From Leidyana gryllorum EB-2025a (lineage: Eukaryota; Protista; Apicomplexa): DNA of 64,000 bases. The stretch covers positions 62,001-126,000 of the forward strand of contig JBLWGC010000047.1 in NCBI GenBank assembly GCA_048772705.1, in the 5' to 3' direction. Numbering within the stretch: the first letter of the stretch is position 1; the number at the start of each line of letters is the position of its first letter. Of the stretch, positions 35,337 through 50,200 are shown one piece after another. The notes under the pieces were generated by a model. The model was not told where the DNA came from, did not search any database, and saw only the letters and a list, made by a program, of their open reading frames with translations. A program made the position numbers and the translations under genes.

Positions 35337-38300
35337 TCACTTGTAGTACTCTGAACGCGTGGAGCCCCAACCTGTTCCGGCTTCGTTGGTGTTGAGTCGA
35401 TCGAAAGTCGGGACCGATATGGGGGAGTTTTGAGGGCTGAGATCTCGTCTCCGAGCATCGATAGATCCATTGACGCTCTTGCCCTGTTTGGCAAGGTTGT
35501 TGGCTAGATGCTCAATTTCCCTTTCCTGTACCTCATCCCCAGAGAAGGCTGCGGGATTCTCGCTGACCGCGCGGGGAGCCACTCGCAGAGTCAGGTAACA
35601 CCGAGCCGTACCCCGCTCAGGTGCCCGGGCAGTAACTATGAACGTTGTCGGAGACATAACCATATGACGTCCGTGGTCGCGTGGCGAGCTCTCGCCCCCG
35701 ACACGACCTTGCATGATACCTGGATAGCGAACAAGAGTTTTCACCAAATTGCAGGGGGAAGGGTGACTTACCGGTATTGGTATCGAACTCTAAGCCCATT
35801 GTGATTGGCAATCTGGGACTCACACTCCACATCAGGAGTGCAGTGTCACCCAGGTATCCTGTGATGATGGGCTCCAACGATACTTGATCGCCAAAGTAGA
35901 GAGTGGCACACGGGTGACGGTCAGTTTGCTTAGCTCGGGAAGTGGCCGGTAGGCGATATTGAATCTTGAAACTCCCCGCTTTGGGCATCACCGCTTGTGC
36001 AATGGCATCTTCTGTACCTTCTGTCTGCGCGATTCCGGGTTGTTTGGCGGTCTGGAAGCGTCGATCGAAATCGTCTCCCAATATGACCTTCATCTGTGTG
36101 GCGATCTGCGAGTCTAATTCGGGGTCACTCGACCTATTAGTTGACTGAAAGGCCACAGCACCGACCAGAGCCAACAGTGTCTGCATTGAATTACCCACGC
36201 CACTTTCAGCTCCCTGCACACACGTGTGTCAGTCACGACAGGTGTCTCCGGCACTCGATATCTTACCGTGAAGGAGCGGACGGTGAAACTCAAGAAGGAA
36301 AAGAGAGTGATACAGAGAGAGATCGTTACCACCGCAGACCGCAGTTGATGTCGAGCGTCATAGCGGAGCAGGTCTATCACATGATCGGGAACGAAAAGCT
36401 TACAAAGCATCTCAAATCCGAACAAGATTTCTCCGAGTTCAAGAAACTTGTTTTGGTTGGTGTCCATGAGATCGAACATACGCTTGACATCACGTGGTGG
36501 TAAGTGTAGACGCATATCTTCGACAATGTCTTGCAGCATAGTGAAGGACACTCCTTCGACGTGTAGAGTACACAAAATCGGGACGAGGGCGTGTGGCGCG
36601 AAGACGCCGTAGCGATTGAGCAGCTTGCGATAGCGATTTATGGCCGCGTCGACCCGGTCAGCTTCGATATCCAACTGGAGCATAGGTACAATTGTGTGAT
36701 GGACTATCTCCTCAAGGCGGACTTACATTGCAAGCTTGACGAATGAAGATCGATAAGCCCTCGGGCGGTAATCCAGTGAGCAGCATTTTGGTCAAATGCG
36801 TTCTGACGGTAGAGAAACGGACGAAGGCTCCTCGGTTCGGATCTAAGCCAGTTGGATCCATATCAACTCGCAAGAGGACATCCTTTTTCAAGTCGTTCGT
36901 GTCGTTCGTCGAAGCATCAGATTGGTAGTCGCTTTGGATCTCGCCGGTGTCATTCGAGTCGGAAGCCTTGGACCCGTCGAGCGATGCATCATCATGATTT
37001 CGTCGTCGGCTCTTGGACGTGCTTGACTTGACATACCCGAGACACCAATACAAGCTGAGGGCGTCTTTCGGCATGTCTTCCCACATGTTCCTGATGAACT
37101 GGGCAGAAAGGATCTCTTTGTTGGGCTTTGATCTGAGACTTACTCTCTCGGGAATGTCGAGTCCCATAGCCTTGAGGAGATAGGGAAGGGCAAAGGAGGC
37201 AATACAGCCTTTGAAATTGTTGATATCCTGCAGACTGCTGCCAAAGTACTTAAGGCCGTCAGCTCCAACAGGTTGGAAGAGTAGACGGGTGAAAGTACCA
37301 CAAACACTCATTGCTGGGAGGAAGGCCTCATATTCCGTTTTCTGAAGCTCCACACAGATCAAATACCAGAACAACTGAGCCTGATATCGTGAGACACAGA
37401 TCTTCAAGTTGCTGGTGACACGATAGAACATATCGGGTGTGACCATAAGACTGGCAATGGCCTTCCATTCATTCAGTTGAGCGCCTCGTGGCTTAATGGT
37501 GCGTGGCTGGGCTTGAGCCGGAACTTGTCCTTTGTTTCCCCATTTGAGCGCTGACTGTGGGACGACCACTCGATCTTCATCGTTCCAATTCTGGTCCCGA
37601 ATTGCGTCGTTGGCAATGTATTTTGCCTCCACGAGACGAACAAATTCGAGCATCTGAGCTTTCCCAATGAAACCGGGAGATGATGTGGTCAGTCTCTTAT
37701 AACTCTCCAACAGATCCGACCCCCACCCGAGACTCTCCCGATAAAACGTCCAGTCCACCTTCTCCGCACTCTGATCGGGCGTCTCCTGGATGTGGATGAC
37801 GGTCGAGTCGTCACCCGCGGGCATCTTGAAGGCTTCTCCCAACGGCTTACCAACTTGGAGATCGGGACTGTCAATGTTGAGGTGAGTCAAACACGCACGG
37901 GTGCCGGCCAGACCCAACTTGTGGTCTAACAACAATAAGATGGCTTCGTCTGTCAAATCCGCGGGCACGAATCCAGTGCTCTGTCCGATTTGATCGAACA
38001 CATTCCTAATTCTCGTTATGTTCCGGGTATACTGAGCCTTCTTCACTCGCAAACTGACCAGAATGTTCTGATCGACTTCGCCGCCATCCAATAGAACATA
38101 TCGATGTGGACTCGAGCTCTTCACCTCCCGGTTTGCCAACTCTTTGACCTCCTCTTCGGTGGCCACTCCTGTGTTTCCGGGCTTCAGCGAAGGGATCTCG
38201 GCGACGTCCGCCAGAAAGTCCCTCCAGATCTCGAAATCTGACCCGGCGATAAACAGTCGAACGAAGCCCGTTCCCAAAACAACTCACCTTCGTCGCCTTC

Positions 38301-41300
38301 GTCCAACGGGATGTCCAGTGAGGGGTCCAAAAAGTTGTTCTCGGGCTCTCGGTGGTCGGCAACCTGACTGACCCCGTCCTTTGTGGCCCCCGTCAGCGTA
38401 CGACGTTCCAAGTTTGGACCTGAAGAGGACCCCGGCAACGAGTCTTCGATCAGATCAATCCCGAGCATCTCCAAGAGGAGCAGGAAGGCTGCAGAGAGGA
38501 TGTTATGGCACCAAAGACTTGGCACTCACACGGGAAGCTGATGTGTTTTTTGATCAGTCGTCGCATAGCCGAGTCGACATAAACGGCGACACGTCGGAAA
38601 TGATAATCCAAGTCGTCGAGATTGGCATCGGCATCCGAGAAAGTGTTGCGCACGGAATCCGCTGCCTTGTCGAGCATTCTGTTGAGGAGGTCTTGCATTG
38701 CACGCCGCCGAGGGAGATGATAGGTGATCTCTGGACTTTCAGCCCTCAATCGAAAGTCGTTTACCAATATGGTCACTGGTCGGACCTCAGACCGTTTGAT
38801 AAGTCCCAGACCTCGACACACCTCCGTCAGCAGACCCAACTGCAGTTCGATGATAAATAAGTGTCGTCAGAGGAACGATCTCTGTAACTCTCCTCACCTC
38901 GTGCTGTTTTTCGCGTTCCAAATGGACCAAAAGCGCCAATCGAGTTATCTCACGGTCTCCAAACCAACGATTCAGAGCGGCTCGGAATGTCTGTGAGAAG
39001 AGACTCCACAGTGTGACGGCTGCTGTGTGGGCTTACGTGTTTGGTCGTTTTGACTGGGAACCGGAAGAGTCTGTCGACCTTGTTGGGGTGCATATCACCG
39101 GGCGATAGGACAATGGATGGATCAATGAGTCTCAGCGTGCGGAAATTGATTTTCTCAGCAAATGCGCGGTCAAAGAAGTCAGCGATACCCGCACGAACGT
39201 TCTCTGGATTGAAGATCCGAGTATATACTTGACTGATTTCTCGAGCGATGCGAAGGAAAGTGTCTTCGTAAGCGAGACAGACACAACGTGTCCAGTTCTG
39301 GGCCGCTCGCTCTTCGTTGGTCAACGGTCGATCGCGATCTTCATTATTAGGGACTTCAGGCTGAATCTGGCTGGCGTCATCAACTGACTCGCTGTCTTCA
39401 TGATCTCCCACTTGGATCTGTTGGAGACCCAAAACGGCCCGTTGGCCGAGCGCGGGCGACAAGAGGATCACTTGAGCTCTGAAGAAATTCTTGGCCAGAA
39501 CATCTGGATCTGTCAGATGATTCAGAGCCTTCTTTGTCTGGTCCTTGGTGAGATACTGGAAGACCAGATGGAGTTTGCGAGCCGTTACAGAGTTTCGCAG
39601 CTTTTCTGCGATTTCCTGCGCTGCACGGGTCCTCTGGAGGTCGAGACCAGAAGGTTGGGAGTTCTGCAAGAGAGACACGATGACATTGACAGCGGGGAGG
39701 GGGAAGTGAACTCACATCTTCGTGATCGCTCCCTCCGTCGACGGACCCGTCTCCTCCTCTCTCTTCATTGTCGGACATGCTGTCTTCACTGTCGGCGGTG
39801 ACCTGAGTTGATCTGTGGAGCTGGAAAAAGTCGTGTTGAGTGCTGTTGCCACTGGCGACGCTTAGTATTTGGCAATAGTGATTGTTGAGTTCCTTCTCGT
39901 CGCGTTGACTGTAATAGATTTCGAGATCGGGGAGGGCATAGCCTTCCCTCATACTGCCAAAGACTCGGTGATTGTGGTTGAAGTGTGTCACGATCTCGTC
40001 CCAGGAGGTGCCAGTGTAGTTGATTTTGCACACCTCCAGCCAGAGCGAAAACTCGACTTCTTTGAGCCGTCCGTCTTTGTCACGGTCGAAAGCTTGGAAG
40101 ATCAGACTGACTTTGACACTGGCGCCCAGGGCTTCAGGGCGAGGGTAAAGGGGCTCCGCGGCGATGGCGAAGGGATACCGACTGTTCGGGTGGGGGGGTA
40201 CCTCCAGTCGGTATCCCAGTCTGGGGCCATGGAGCACTCCGTCTGCCAACATGGCCGTCTCGTAGCCGAGAAGCATAAACTTGAACAGTTTGGGATGCAT
40301 CTCATAATCTCTGACGGTCGCAAACCGAGCGCCCTGAGCGACAGTGGGCTCGGAGGCCAATCCCCGGGGCTTCCCTTCGCGATCGTAATACAGTCCGTTG
40401 CCAGCGGTGGGCACAACTTTGACAAATCTGTACATACAGATATCCTCTGGCTTGATAGCCCCATGTGCAACTTGACTCCCCTCGAACAGTCGTTTGCCAA
40501 TTCGATTACTCTTTGCTCTGATTTTCTGTGGAACAGTTCCATTGAGATCGAATTAAAAAATCGAGTTTCTCCTTACCCGGAGCTCAGCTTTGAGGCTCAG
40601 GACCATATCGTTACTAAAGTCCTCCAACATGTCGACATTTGCCAGACTCGGACCGGTGTCCCTGAAAATGATGCCATTGCTTTCTAACCAGGCGTCCAGC
40701 ACAATAGTCAGTAAGGCATTGGTATTGGACGTGATGTACTCATTGATATAGTTCTACAGGCAACAAATGTGGGTGTCTTCCAAGTTGGACGCTCACTCTG
40801 GCATAGGTATACCGCGTCCACATTGAGTACACAATGAACACACTGGCTGCCACCATGATGGCAGCCGGGAGACATGTATCCGTGTCAATCAGAGCGGCCA
40901 ACAGGAACCACAGAATGAACGACGGGAGGAATCCAATAACCACTCCCATAACCAGTGAAGTGGAGATACTCCCATATTTGTGGAACCAATATGTCGCCCT
41001 CGGGGCCGAGTTTTGATAAAATCGCCTGAAAATGGGAATCCTCGCGACAACTCAGCCAACTTTGATCTCACCACATCAGCCCCGCGTTCATCTTTATCAG
41101 AAAGTCAACCGTCAGAAGGACGAACATTGTCAGCAGAATAGGGTCGATTCTCATGAAGAACGACCAACTCCTGTCAAACAATATGTCGGAAAGAAACTCG
41201 GGGTCGTTCCTCCGGTGATGCCGGTGAGAATACGTCTGAAGGCAATCATTGTGTGGACACAAACCAACATCCATACCGATGTGATGATGTTGATGACCAC

Positions 41301-44300
41301 CGCTGATGCAAACAGCTGAAAGGTTGGAGTAATGTAAATGGCGAATAGGTGCCAAATACGTATCGCTTGCAGTACCGTGGCCCACAACTGACATCTGTAC
41401 CACTGACGCCAGAAAAACTCCTCAGGACCTTCCAGACCGACTAGAAACTCGCTGAAACACCGCAGTTAAGAGACAAGCGCATCTTTTCGCTCAACTCACT
41501 ATGAGTGCAGTCCTGAGGCAGCTACGCCATAGGGATCCAGGAACTCCTTTGTCATATCTCCCATTTTGACCACTTTCTGGGCCTTCTTCGAAAATCTGGC
41601 TGTTGTCCTGCGACACTTGTCCACAAGCCACATACGCAAAAGGTGCGCGGAGTGCAACACTCGCGGGATCATATCGATCTGAGTCATCAAGTTCCATTTG
41701 AGAAGCTCAGTGTCGTAGCTTTCGGTCCAGTAGAAAGGGTCCGGGTCAATACGAATGTTATGGACAACCGTCAGCATCTTGGTGATACTCTTAAACACTT
41801 GAGAGTGAGAGAGTTGATCTCGTCGGAACCGATCCGCGTCGTGTGGATCTAAATAGATCAGTCTCGTTGTGCTCGACACCAGACACTGCCCTGGTGTGTG
41901 CACACACGTGCGGAGACGTTCGAATGGCAACGGATGACGGAGACCTGGACACACACGGATTGGTTCAGTGGTCACAGTGAATCCAGAATCGCGGAGTAAC
42001 TGATCGTTGACATCTTCCATCTCCAGATCAAAAGTCCGACAGAATGCAGCGTATGCGTATTCCAACTCGGGTAACAAAAGTGTCCGAGTGACAAAGAAGG
42101 CGTGGGATTGGGTTCGGATCTGAAGTCGCAATACGGTTTGATAGCAAATTCCCATCAGACGACTTACGTGCGGTTTCTTGCCTCTTTCCAGTGGATCTGT
42201 TGTCATCACCAAATAGCACACACGGGAAGCTTCCTGGATGTCCATTTGAACATCTACAGCCCAGAAGTACGTTCCAGTGTTTGGAATCTCCTGTCCTTGG
42301 CCGAGCGTTTCGATGGGTTGTTCAGTCTGATGGTCGAAGAGATGGATATAGACCGTTGACATTGCGGTAGCCCCGCCCCACTCGATCTCAAAATCGCGAC
42401 CGTTCAGGAGAGTCATTCCTGGCATTACTGCAGAGAATTAGGTTCAAATATGATCCCGTGTTGGCTTACTGTTGATGAACTGAGTATAGTTGCTCAAAAT
42501 GAGTTCCGTCATCCCCTGAGGATGCATGGGTGGAGTTTGAGTGATCCCACTAACGCGAGGACGACGCAGACAATACTTGTTTGGATCCGGGGGCAGCCTG
42601 CTTCCAAAGGCTGGTGCTCCGACACTCATTGCCCTCTTGAACCAGGTGCTCTTGGGTTCAAGATTTCGGGAGCTCGGAGGGGGTGTGACATCTTTGACTT
42701 TGACTCCGCGAACGTATTTTCCCAAGCTACTGGCGTCAAAACGGCATTTCATGACGCCCCAGGAACGGCCGACTTCACCCACAGCCAGTCGCTCCAAGGG
42801 CAGATTTACGCTCACGTTTCCGAGATCTGACGGATCAGCAGTTCTCAAGAGTGTGAGTACATCAACAGCGCCAGTGGCCACCATTTCGCCGCTGACCGCA
42901 TTCTGCACTTCCAAATGCATTACTTGTTGAGATGCCCTATCGACTTCGAGTTCAATACACTGATTACTCGGAAAAGCGAAAGTCCAGCGGATCTCTCCCG
43001 CGCCGAGGGCAAAGCCCTGTGCGTGCCCCTCAAACTCGATCACGCTGAACACCTAAGAGAGTCGACTGCGTGCCACGGAACCCATTGATTCTGTTACCTT
43101 TCGATTGGTCACTTGGTACATGATGCGAGATTGTGACATCTTGCGGGTCCATCCGGCGAGGATACGGAAATGACAGCGCTGCAGGCGGGGCCGGTGCCCA
43201 TTCATAAGCGTAGCCTGACTCGTGAATCCAACACGGCTCGTGATGGGCTCGACTGCTTCTTGACCCGCGAGTCTCATTGTTCGCTTGTCCATCTCAAAGG
43301 TGATATTCCGGAGTCTGAAAAGAAACAGTGTGGCGTGTGCGGGCGACAATGGATCTCACTTGAAGTTCAGAATATCGGTCGTGATGGGTACCAGACATTT
43401 TCGAACAAAGAATTCCCACGAACTCAGATGGCTTTGAGTCAGTCGCTTAGTCATATATGTTCCCGAGTTTTGCCAGTGCACATCCTCGAGCGGCACCACC
43501 TCACTCGACCAGGCCGACTCCTCCCGCACCACTCCGACCTCGTCAAGACCGAGAACCTTGAGTCTGTACTTGGCTTGCCCCTTGAGCGACCATTTATGGC
43601 GGTTGTCGAGCTGCACATTGGGTGTAGGACGAAAGGCGGCCGAATAATCACACACTTACAGTGTAATACTCTCGTTGGCGAGCGGGTGGCGCATCGAGGG
43701 GCAGCTCAATCTCCTTCTGATAGCCACTCATAGTGTCGACTGTGCGAACAGCGCTCGCTGGGAGGTAAATGAAAATGGACTCGAGGACTTGGCTTCTGCT
43801 TCTACCCCCTTCAGGAAGTGATCTGGAGGAGGGAGTACCCATGGAGGCATCGGTGTCTCCGCCGGTGTGTTGGCGTTTCGGAAGCAGACTGGCGGTCTCG
43901 TCAACGGTGTCGGCATAGTCGCTCCCAGACGAACCTGAGGACGAGGATCGACTGCTGCGGCTGTCAGTGGTACGACTGTCCTCCGTATCGCTGCCCAGAA
44001 AGAAACTCGAGTCGTCTGCAATATCTTCGATTTCATTCCTCTGGACGATGGTATCAATGACAACCGCAACACGAGTGTAGAAAGCTCGGTGGGTCCAGCG
44101 TATTCGAAATCCCGGATTCGGACGCATTACCGGAATCACATTAATGTACCATAGCGGCGGTTTGGGTCGTTGGACTTCGTGGACCAATCGATGACTCTGT
44201 TGGCGAATGACCGGTTCATCAGCCTCCATATCGCGATAAATGGTGCGATCCATAACTTGTTGAACATAAAGGGCGTTGACATAGCCTCCCAGGACCCCAA

Positions 44301-46932
44301 CACAGGTATTGAGGGCAATTGCGATATAGAAGCCCAAACGCGAAGTCCAGCTGACCACTTCCGCCAGGACAGCATCTGTCTTGAGCTGATATTCAATCTG
44401 CGTTTGATCAGCATCGATCTCCCACACAAAGACCGTTTTTGGTGTCTGTATCCCTCGAAGAGCGTTCCACAAGACGAGGAATTCAGCGTCCCTCATTGCG
44501 CCTTGGCAGCGATTGATAGGTGCCAGGCCGTATCGAGGCTGTCCCAAGTCATCGGTAGACGTGAGGTAGAAAATGTCTTCTCTGACTCCTGTTCGCGCTC
44601 TCCACTGCTCAGTGAACCTATGTGAATGATGGATGCAGTAGCCACGCATGATCGTGTTGACTGACTCACCAATTCCACCAGCCTTCATCTTCGCGAGCGC
44701 TGTCCTCGTCTTCTTCCTCGGGCGGCTTGAGCAGATCGGAATGGGATTGTTCCAGATCGTCGTCGTCATTACGGATCTCTGTTAAGGTAACCGAGCCTTG
44801 ACGATGTTCCTGAGCGTTAGCGCAGAACTGTCCCAATACGTGTATCTAAACTAGGAATGATTCCCTCGTTTCCAATTGAAAAAAGCTCACCGGAACACTT
44901 CGCTCTCGGGGGGCCAGGAATCCGGCAGATAGCACAGAAAAGAAGACGGTTGACCCTAAGAGAGCTTGGCCTGAGAACACTTTCCATTGCCCGGGGGCCG
45001 TGTTTTCTGTGCTGATGGGTAGATTGAGTTTCCAGGGCCTCGATCCAGCATCCTTCACCCATTCCCGCACGTCGTTGAGCTTAGCTTCAGCAAATGGAGC
45101 CAAATGAGGTCTTCGAAGATGCTCCTTTCCGACCCACGCATTCAGTTTGATTTGATCCAAGTTTTCGTCTTGAATGCGATTGATGATATACAACGGACTT
45201 TCGGTTCCCTTCATAACCGTACTGATTGAATGGCCCACGGCGGTGGTGGCGGTATAGCCGTGCGGCCACACCAACGCCAGCATGGTGCTGTTTGAGGTCA
45301 TTCGAGTGCGGGTGCCCATACCCTTCAAGAACGCGCGAGAGGCCACGCCTGTCGAGACCGACAAGTCGATGGGATGGCGACTGTAGATTGTCACGGGGGC
45401 CACATACGAGTCTATGATGACAGCATCTATCGAGTCCTTGTCATACATTGCCGAAGGGCCATCCATGCGAAACTTGGCCCAACCATCTTGAATATCTAAT
45501 CTAATGCGTTTCGCCTGCAGATCGTCCAGAGAGACCGCGGCGTGATGGAAACTTAGGGAAATGAGGTCACGAGCTCTGATGGGAACCTCAGCATAGGCGT
45601 CCTGGAAGTCTTCCGCCGATCCATACTCCACAGTCAAAGAACCAAATTCGAATTCAGGTGGAAGGAAGAAGTCCACTGAGCATTGATAGAACAAATTAAA
45701 CTCTTCCACATTCAGTTTGACATTTACGTCGCCATTGTCAAGAGTTTCATAGGCTGTTGAGAGGCACACACTCAAATTGTCACTCCAGACAGCACTCTTT
45801 GTGACCTACGAGTGTAGATAAAGTTGCGAATATTGAATTCTTCCAGCCGAGGTGTCAAAGTCCGCATATGGATTTTAGCAGCTCCTCCGGCCGGCAGACT
45901 ATAAAAGCCGAGCGCGCAGTTGGTGATGACCAAATTGACATCAGCCCCGTTGGTCAGCATTACAGTGTCATCGAGGACAAATCTGATTTCGTCAACTCGA
46001 AATCAAACTCAAATTAAGCGGTGCTTACGTCTTGATCGCCACTTTGACTACCAGGATGACCCATATTATCAATAGGATATGGGCGACCACCAGATGCCAA
46101 TTCTGTCGGGGACGGGTGACAGCGACGGGGATACCATCCACAATGGGGACGTGCGATTCGCGAACAGTGCCGACGGTTCGTTTCGTAGTCATCTTCTGGA
46201 TGTCGTCCCTGAGCACAAACATTTTGAGAGTCGTACTCAACTACATATACACCCTTACGCTGTAAAGTCGGGCATCGGCGAAGTGCTTTCGACATCCGAG
46301 CTGGACGGCTCTGTGAGATTGATATCGTCATCGGCCAAAATGAGAGGCGCGAACTCTTGCGCATCCGGAAGGTGGGTGGGTTTCGGGATTGCCTGGACGA
46401 CATTGTCTTTGGCGGTGGCTGTGCGACTGGCACCGGACTACAAAGAGAGCGCGGAATGGACCGACAGTGAGAGATCTGTTGTCTCTCAGCTTACGCGTAG
46501 AGAGTCGTTCCAGCTGGAGAAGGAAAGGAGACCTTTCAGAGTATCAGCGGGCATCGGTATCTGTTTGGCCTTGTTCTCATTTCGATAGTACATATTCTCA
46601 TCGAGCTTAAGGCGATGGTCGGCATAGAGATCTTGAAGCTTCTCTGTACTGGTTCGCCTCTGTAGGATGGCGGTAGTGTCTGCCGATGATCGTCTGCGAC
46701 CTTGGGGGAGAGGTGACGGTTGAGCTGGACGGCTGGGGGTTCCATGTTTGGAAGCGGCGCCTGAGCTCGGAGCCCCGGTAGGTGAACTGGCCTCATTTAT
46801 GGAGGTATCAGGATTAGGGGCTGTTCGACTTGGTGACTTTGCTTTATCATGGGGATGGGCTGCCTTTGGCTTAGGTTTTCGAGGTTTACGTTCCCGTTGT
46901 CGGTGAAGAACGGCTCCGGCTAAGCCGTACAT
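35337..46932 (-). CDS. Giant multi-exon multi-pass membrane protein with EF-hand, C2-like, FN3-like and Ig-like segments (may be more than one gene)
   Basis: Contiguous same-strand ORF pieces bounded by short GT-AG gaps. EF loops DRDKDGRLKEVE (~40060) and DTNQNKFLELGE (~36450); TM clusters at ~46060, ~44300, 40740-41400, ~38480 and ~36300. Confidence 0.6.
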
Positions 46933-46977
46933 GTTGGATCGTGAACGTTTTTGGTATTGATTTGTTGTTCAAAACGC

Positions 46978-47193
46978 TCAAGAATCACCGCTCATCTTGC
47001 TGGCAATGTTAGCTGTGGCGTCGTGGGCACCTTGCTTGGCTTCATGGGCCTTTTTGTCAATGTTCTCCTTGGCGGACTCCTTCTTCTGGTTGTCTTTGAC
47101 GTCCTCCATCTTATTCTGAACGGCCTCCTTGGCCTTCTCGCCCAACGCGGCTGCGTGGTCAACTCCGGCGTGAATGTTCTCAGTTATGGTCAT
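46978..47193 (-). CDS. Small hydrophilic LEA-like protein (71 aa)
   Basis: MTITENIHAGVDHAAALGEKAKEAVQNKMEDVKDNQKKESAKENIDKKAHEAKQGAHDATANIASKMSGDS is A/K/E/D-rich, lacks W and C, and has KAKE-type amphipathic motifs. Confidence 0.7.
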   Translation of the reverse strand: MTITENIHAGVDHAAALGEKAKEAVQNKMEDVKDNQKKESAKENIDKKAHEAKQGAHDATANIASKMSGDS

Positions 47194-47216
47194 CTTCAAA
47201 TGTGCTGTGCATGCCC

Positions 47217-50200
47217 TCATGCGTCTTCATCTTTCCATAAATACCACGCCGCCCAATACTTTGCCGCCTCCTCATCGTATCCCTCCTCCAAGTAGTACGC
47301 TTTCAGTCTATCAAACTCCTCTGGGTACACTGCCCGATATTCAGCATAAATCGACTCCCAATCGGGCTCTGACGTCGACCCCCCATCTTGTTGCCCCGGT
47401 TGTTGGTCCGCAAACTGCACCGATCGACGCCGATTCGGGAGACGCCGTTTCGGGAGACCCTGAGCCACGTCTTCGCTTTCCACGGTGTCCCGGTTGCTGT
47501 CATTCCGCGATCTCACCAAAGCCGCCAACTCCCGCGATCGCCCCCCCTCACCGCCTCCCAAGTTGCTCGATCCCACTCGCAATCGCAGACTCTCACGCAT
47601 CCCCTGTAACGTCTCCAAAGAGACGCCCGATGGCAAGCTGTGACCTCTCAGTATCGCCGACTCCACCCTCTCAAATCGATCTTCCCACGCTCCATGTTCC
47701 TTCACCTCCTTCGCCGACTGCTCCACAATCAGTCGTTTCCGCTGATGATAAAAGTCTGTATGACCGGAGACGATATCAGTAACTCACCCGCTCCCTCTCA
47801 AACTGCAGTTTTCGTCGTTCGGCTTCTGAGATCTTTGCACACACAACAAAGATCATCATCACGGTGGTCAGTGGACCGGCATAAGATATACAGTGGACCG
47901 CCAACGCAAACGAAGACTGTCTGAGGTGTCAAATATCCGATCCATATCCCAATATTTGACACACATAAAAGCTCACCGAGATCGTGTTTCCATAAAGGGA
48001 CACGCCTCCAACACTTTGGGGCCGAGAGTTTTCGGTTCCCCCGCCGGAAATCGCAAGAAGGCGGCGTTCATTCGCCAATAAGGGGGCACCCGCGTGCCAA
48101 AAGCCTTCTTCCATTGTCGCAGCTCACTGACTCTCACGTTAAAGTCGTCTTCAGCCGCGATCTCCTGCCGATGTTTCAGCTGCAGACCTCTGCAATAACG
48201 AGTCAGTCACGGGTCACCCCCGTATGTCTCCCAGGATCTCACTTTTTCAGAAACGTCTGAAAGACTCGATCGGTATTCCAAATGGTTGAGAGGTTCCGGG
48301 CCGATCGATACAGTGCAATGTCAAATGTGACGGCATCATATATCTGTCTCTCATATTGCATCAAATGGAGATGATGGTGGGGAGCCATAAAGCTCGGCAA
48401 CGGGAACACTCTGCCGAGTTTCTGCTTATCTTTGACAACTTGAGCCCATTTTGTCTCGTCCCACACATCGAACCACACATTCTCCACGTTTGGATGTTGC
48501 CGATTCACCCACAAATGTTCGTCGTTGAATATTACATCTATTGTTTTGTATGGCATCTCGGGTGCCTCGGCTGACGGAACACCCCGATCGATATCCGCAT
48601 ACGTCCTGTTACGGCCAAAGTGCTCTCAGAGGGGGGAGGAGGACTTACTCAGGTCCGGGGAGAGCTTGCATATTTCCGACCACCTCCAACATGTTCCGAG
48701 GTCTCCAAGGCACCCAGAGACGAGAATGTATCTCTTTGATTACCTCTTCGGTGCTGTCTCTGAAAAGGAGCACTCACACTTTCCCTATTGAGTCCCACTA
48801 CAGCGCCTCACTCTTCTGATACGAGTTTGTCACGATCGAGGATACGCCTGGGGAGATCGTAGATCTTCCCATTGGTCACTTCCCAGAACCTCATGGTGAA
48901 ACTGTTGGTCGATTTGTCAAAGCCACACTGAGCAGTCCACAAATGTTGAGACCCATCGTGAAGAGTTCCGAGACAAACGTATGCACGACGATTCAGCCCC
49001 AACAGCATACTCGTCAACAACAAGACGTGGGCTGCGATCGAGCCCACTCGACTGACCATCACAAAGTCGGGTAACTCCCACCGTCTGAACTTAGAGATGA
49101 GAAACCGTGACTTCTAAGCCCCAACTCACCCGTGCAGTAAAGACTGAGTGAACGGGATGGAGCGGACGTAAAAGAATACTGCTCGAGGCGTCTCAACATT
49201 CTTCGGCGGTGGCACTCTGGTGATACACAGGGGCAGGACGATAGTGCGCCCTCGATGAGATATCACATCCAACTTGAAATTCCGACCTTCACCTCCCCTT
49301 TCCCGAACCACTTCTTCAACTACCCGCTCAAATTCCGTCCTCACCTCGGCTGCAGCGGCCAGTATGTCCTCTTCATGCTGTGGCCGCGCCACTCTGGGAA
49401 TGAAGAAAATACGGTCAAAGTCGACTCAGCTTACGGTCCGATGCCCATCAGAGTGGTTACGTCTGGAATGGTATAGAGTTCCACATTGATGTGGGAACTC
49501 CTATCCGCATCGAACAGGAGCGACAACTTCTCTTGTGTGGTGTGCACTTTGGTTTGGTAAGTGGTTTGCTTCATGGTGGCTCGGTCAAAGAGGGTACGCT
49601 CAACCGATTGACGTAGTTGGCCGTGGGGTTCATGAAACAGCTCCCACCAAGTTGTGAAACACAGACCGGCATGGGCGTTCGAGTAGGGCCCGTGGACCCA
49701 CAAATCAATCCAAATGCGGTCGTTCTCCTCAAACAACATCTTTCTGAGACCGTCAGACAATGAGACATGGCATCACGACTCACAGATCGTCGATGTATAT
49801 TGGCAACGGCAGATCTTCACCAAACTCGGGACTCACTGCATCGTTCATCACACGTGTGTGTCGCGCTTGTCCTCGAAAGGTTACGGTGACAAAGGTGTTC
49901 ACCACCGGTCTGAGCAGATTGATAGTTCACGAGGTTCACCTTCTCGGCCACTCACCGACTGTCGGCTGTGACAACCCGATCCACGTTGACAATACGAGCG
50001 ATTAGATACACCGTATCGGGCAGGATACTGAGAGTCTGGCCAGACTGTGCGTACAGTGGTCTTTGCACGACTGAGATCTGTGTCGAGATTTTGATCGCAG
50101 AGTAGACAGAGGCCCACTCGTTACCTGACCTTCCAATCTGCCGTGGGCTGTTGTGCGACCCAAAGTACGTCTGCGGCCTCCCAGGAAGACGGCTCCAGTG

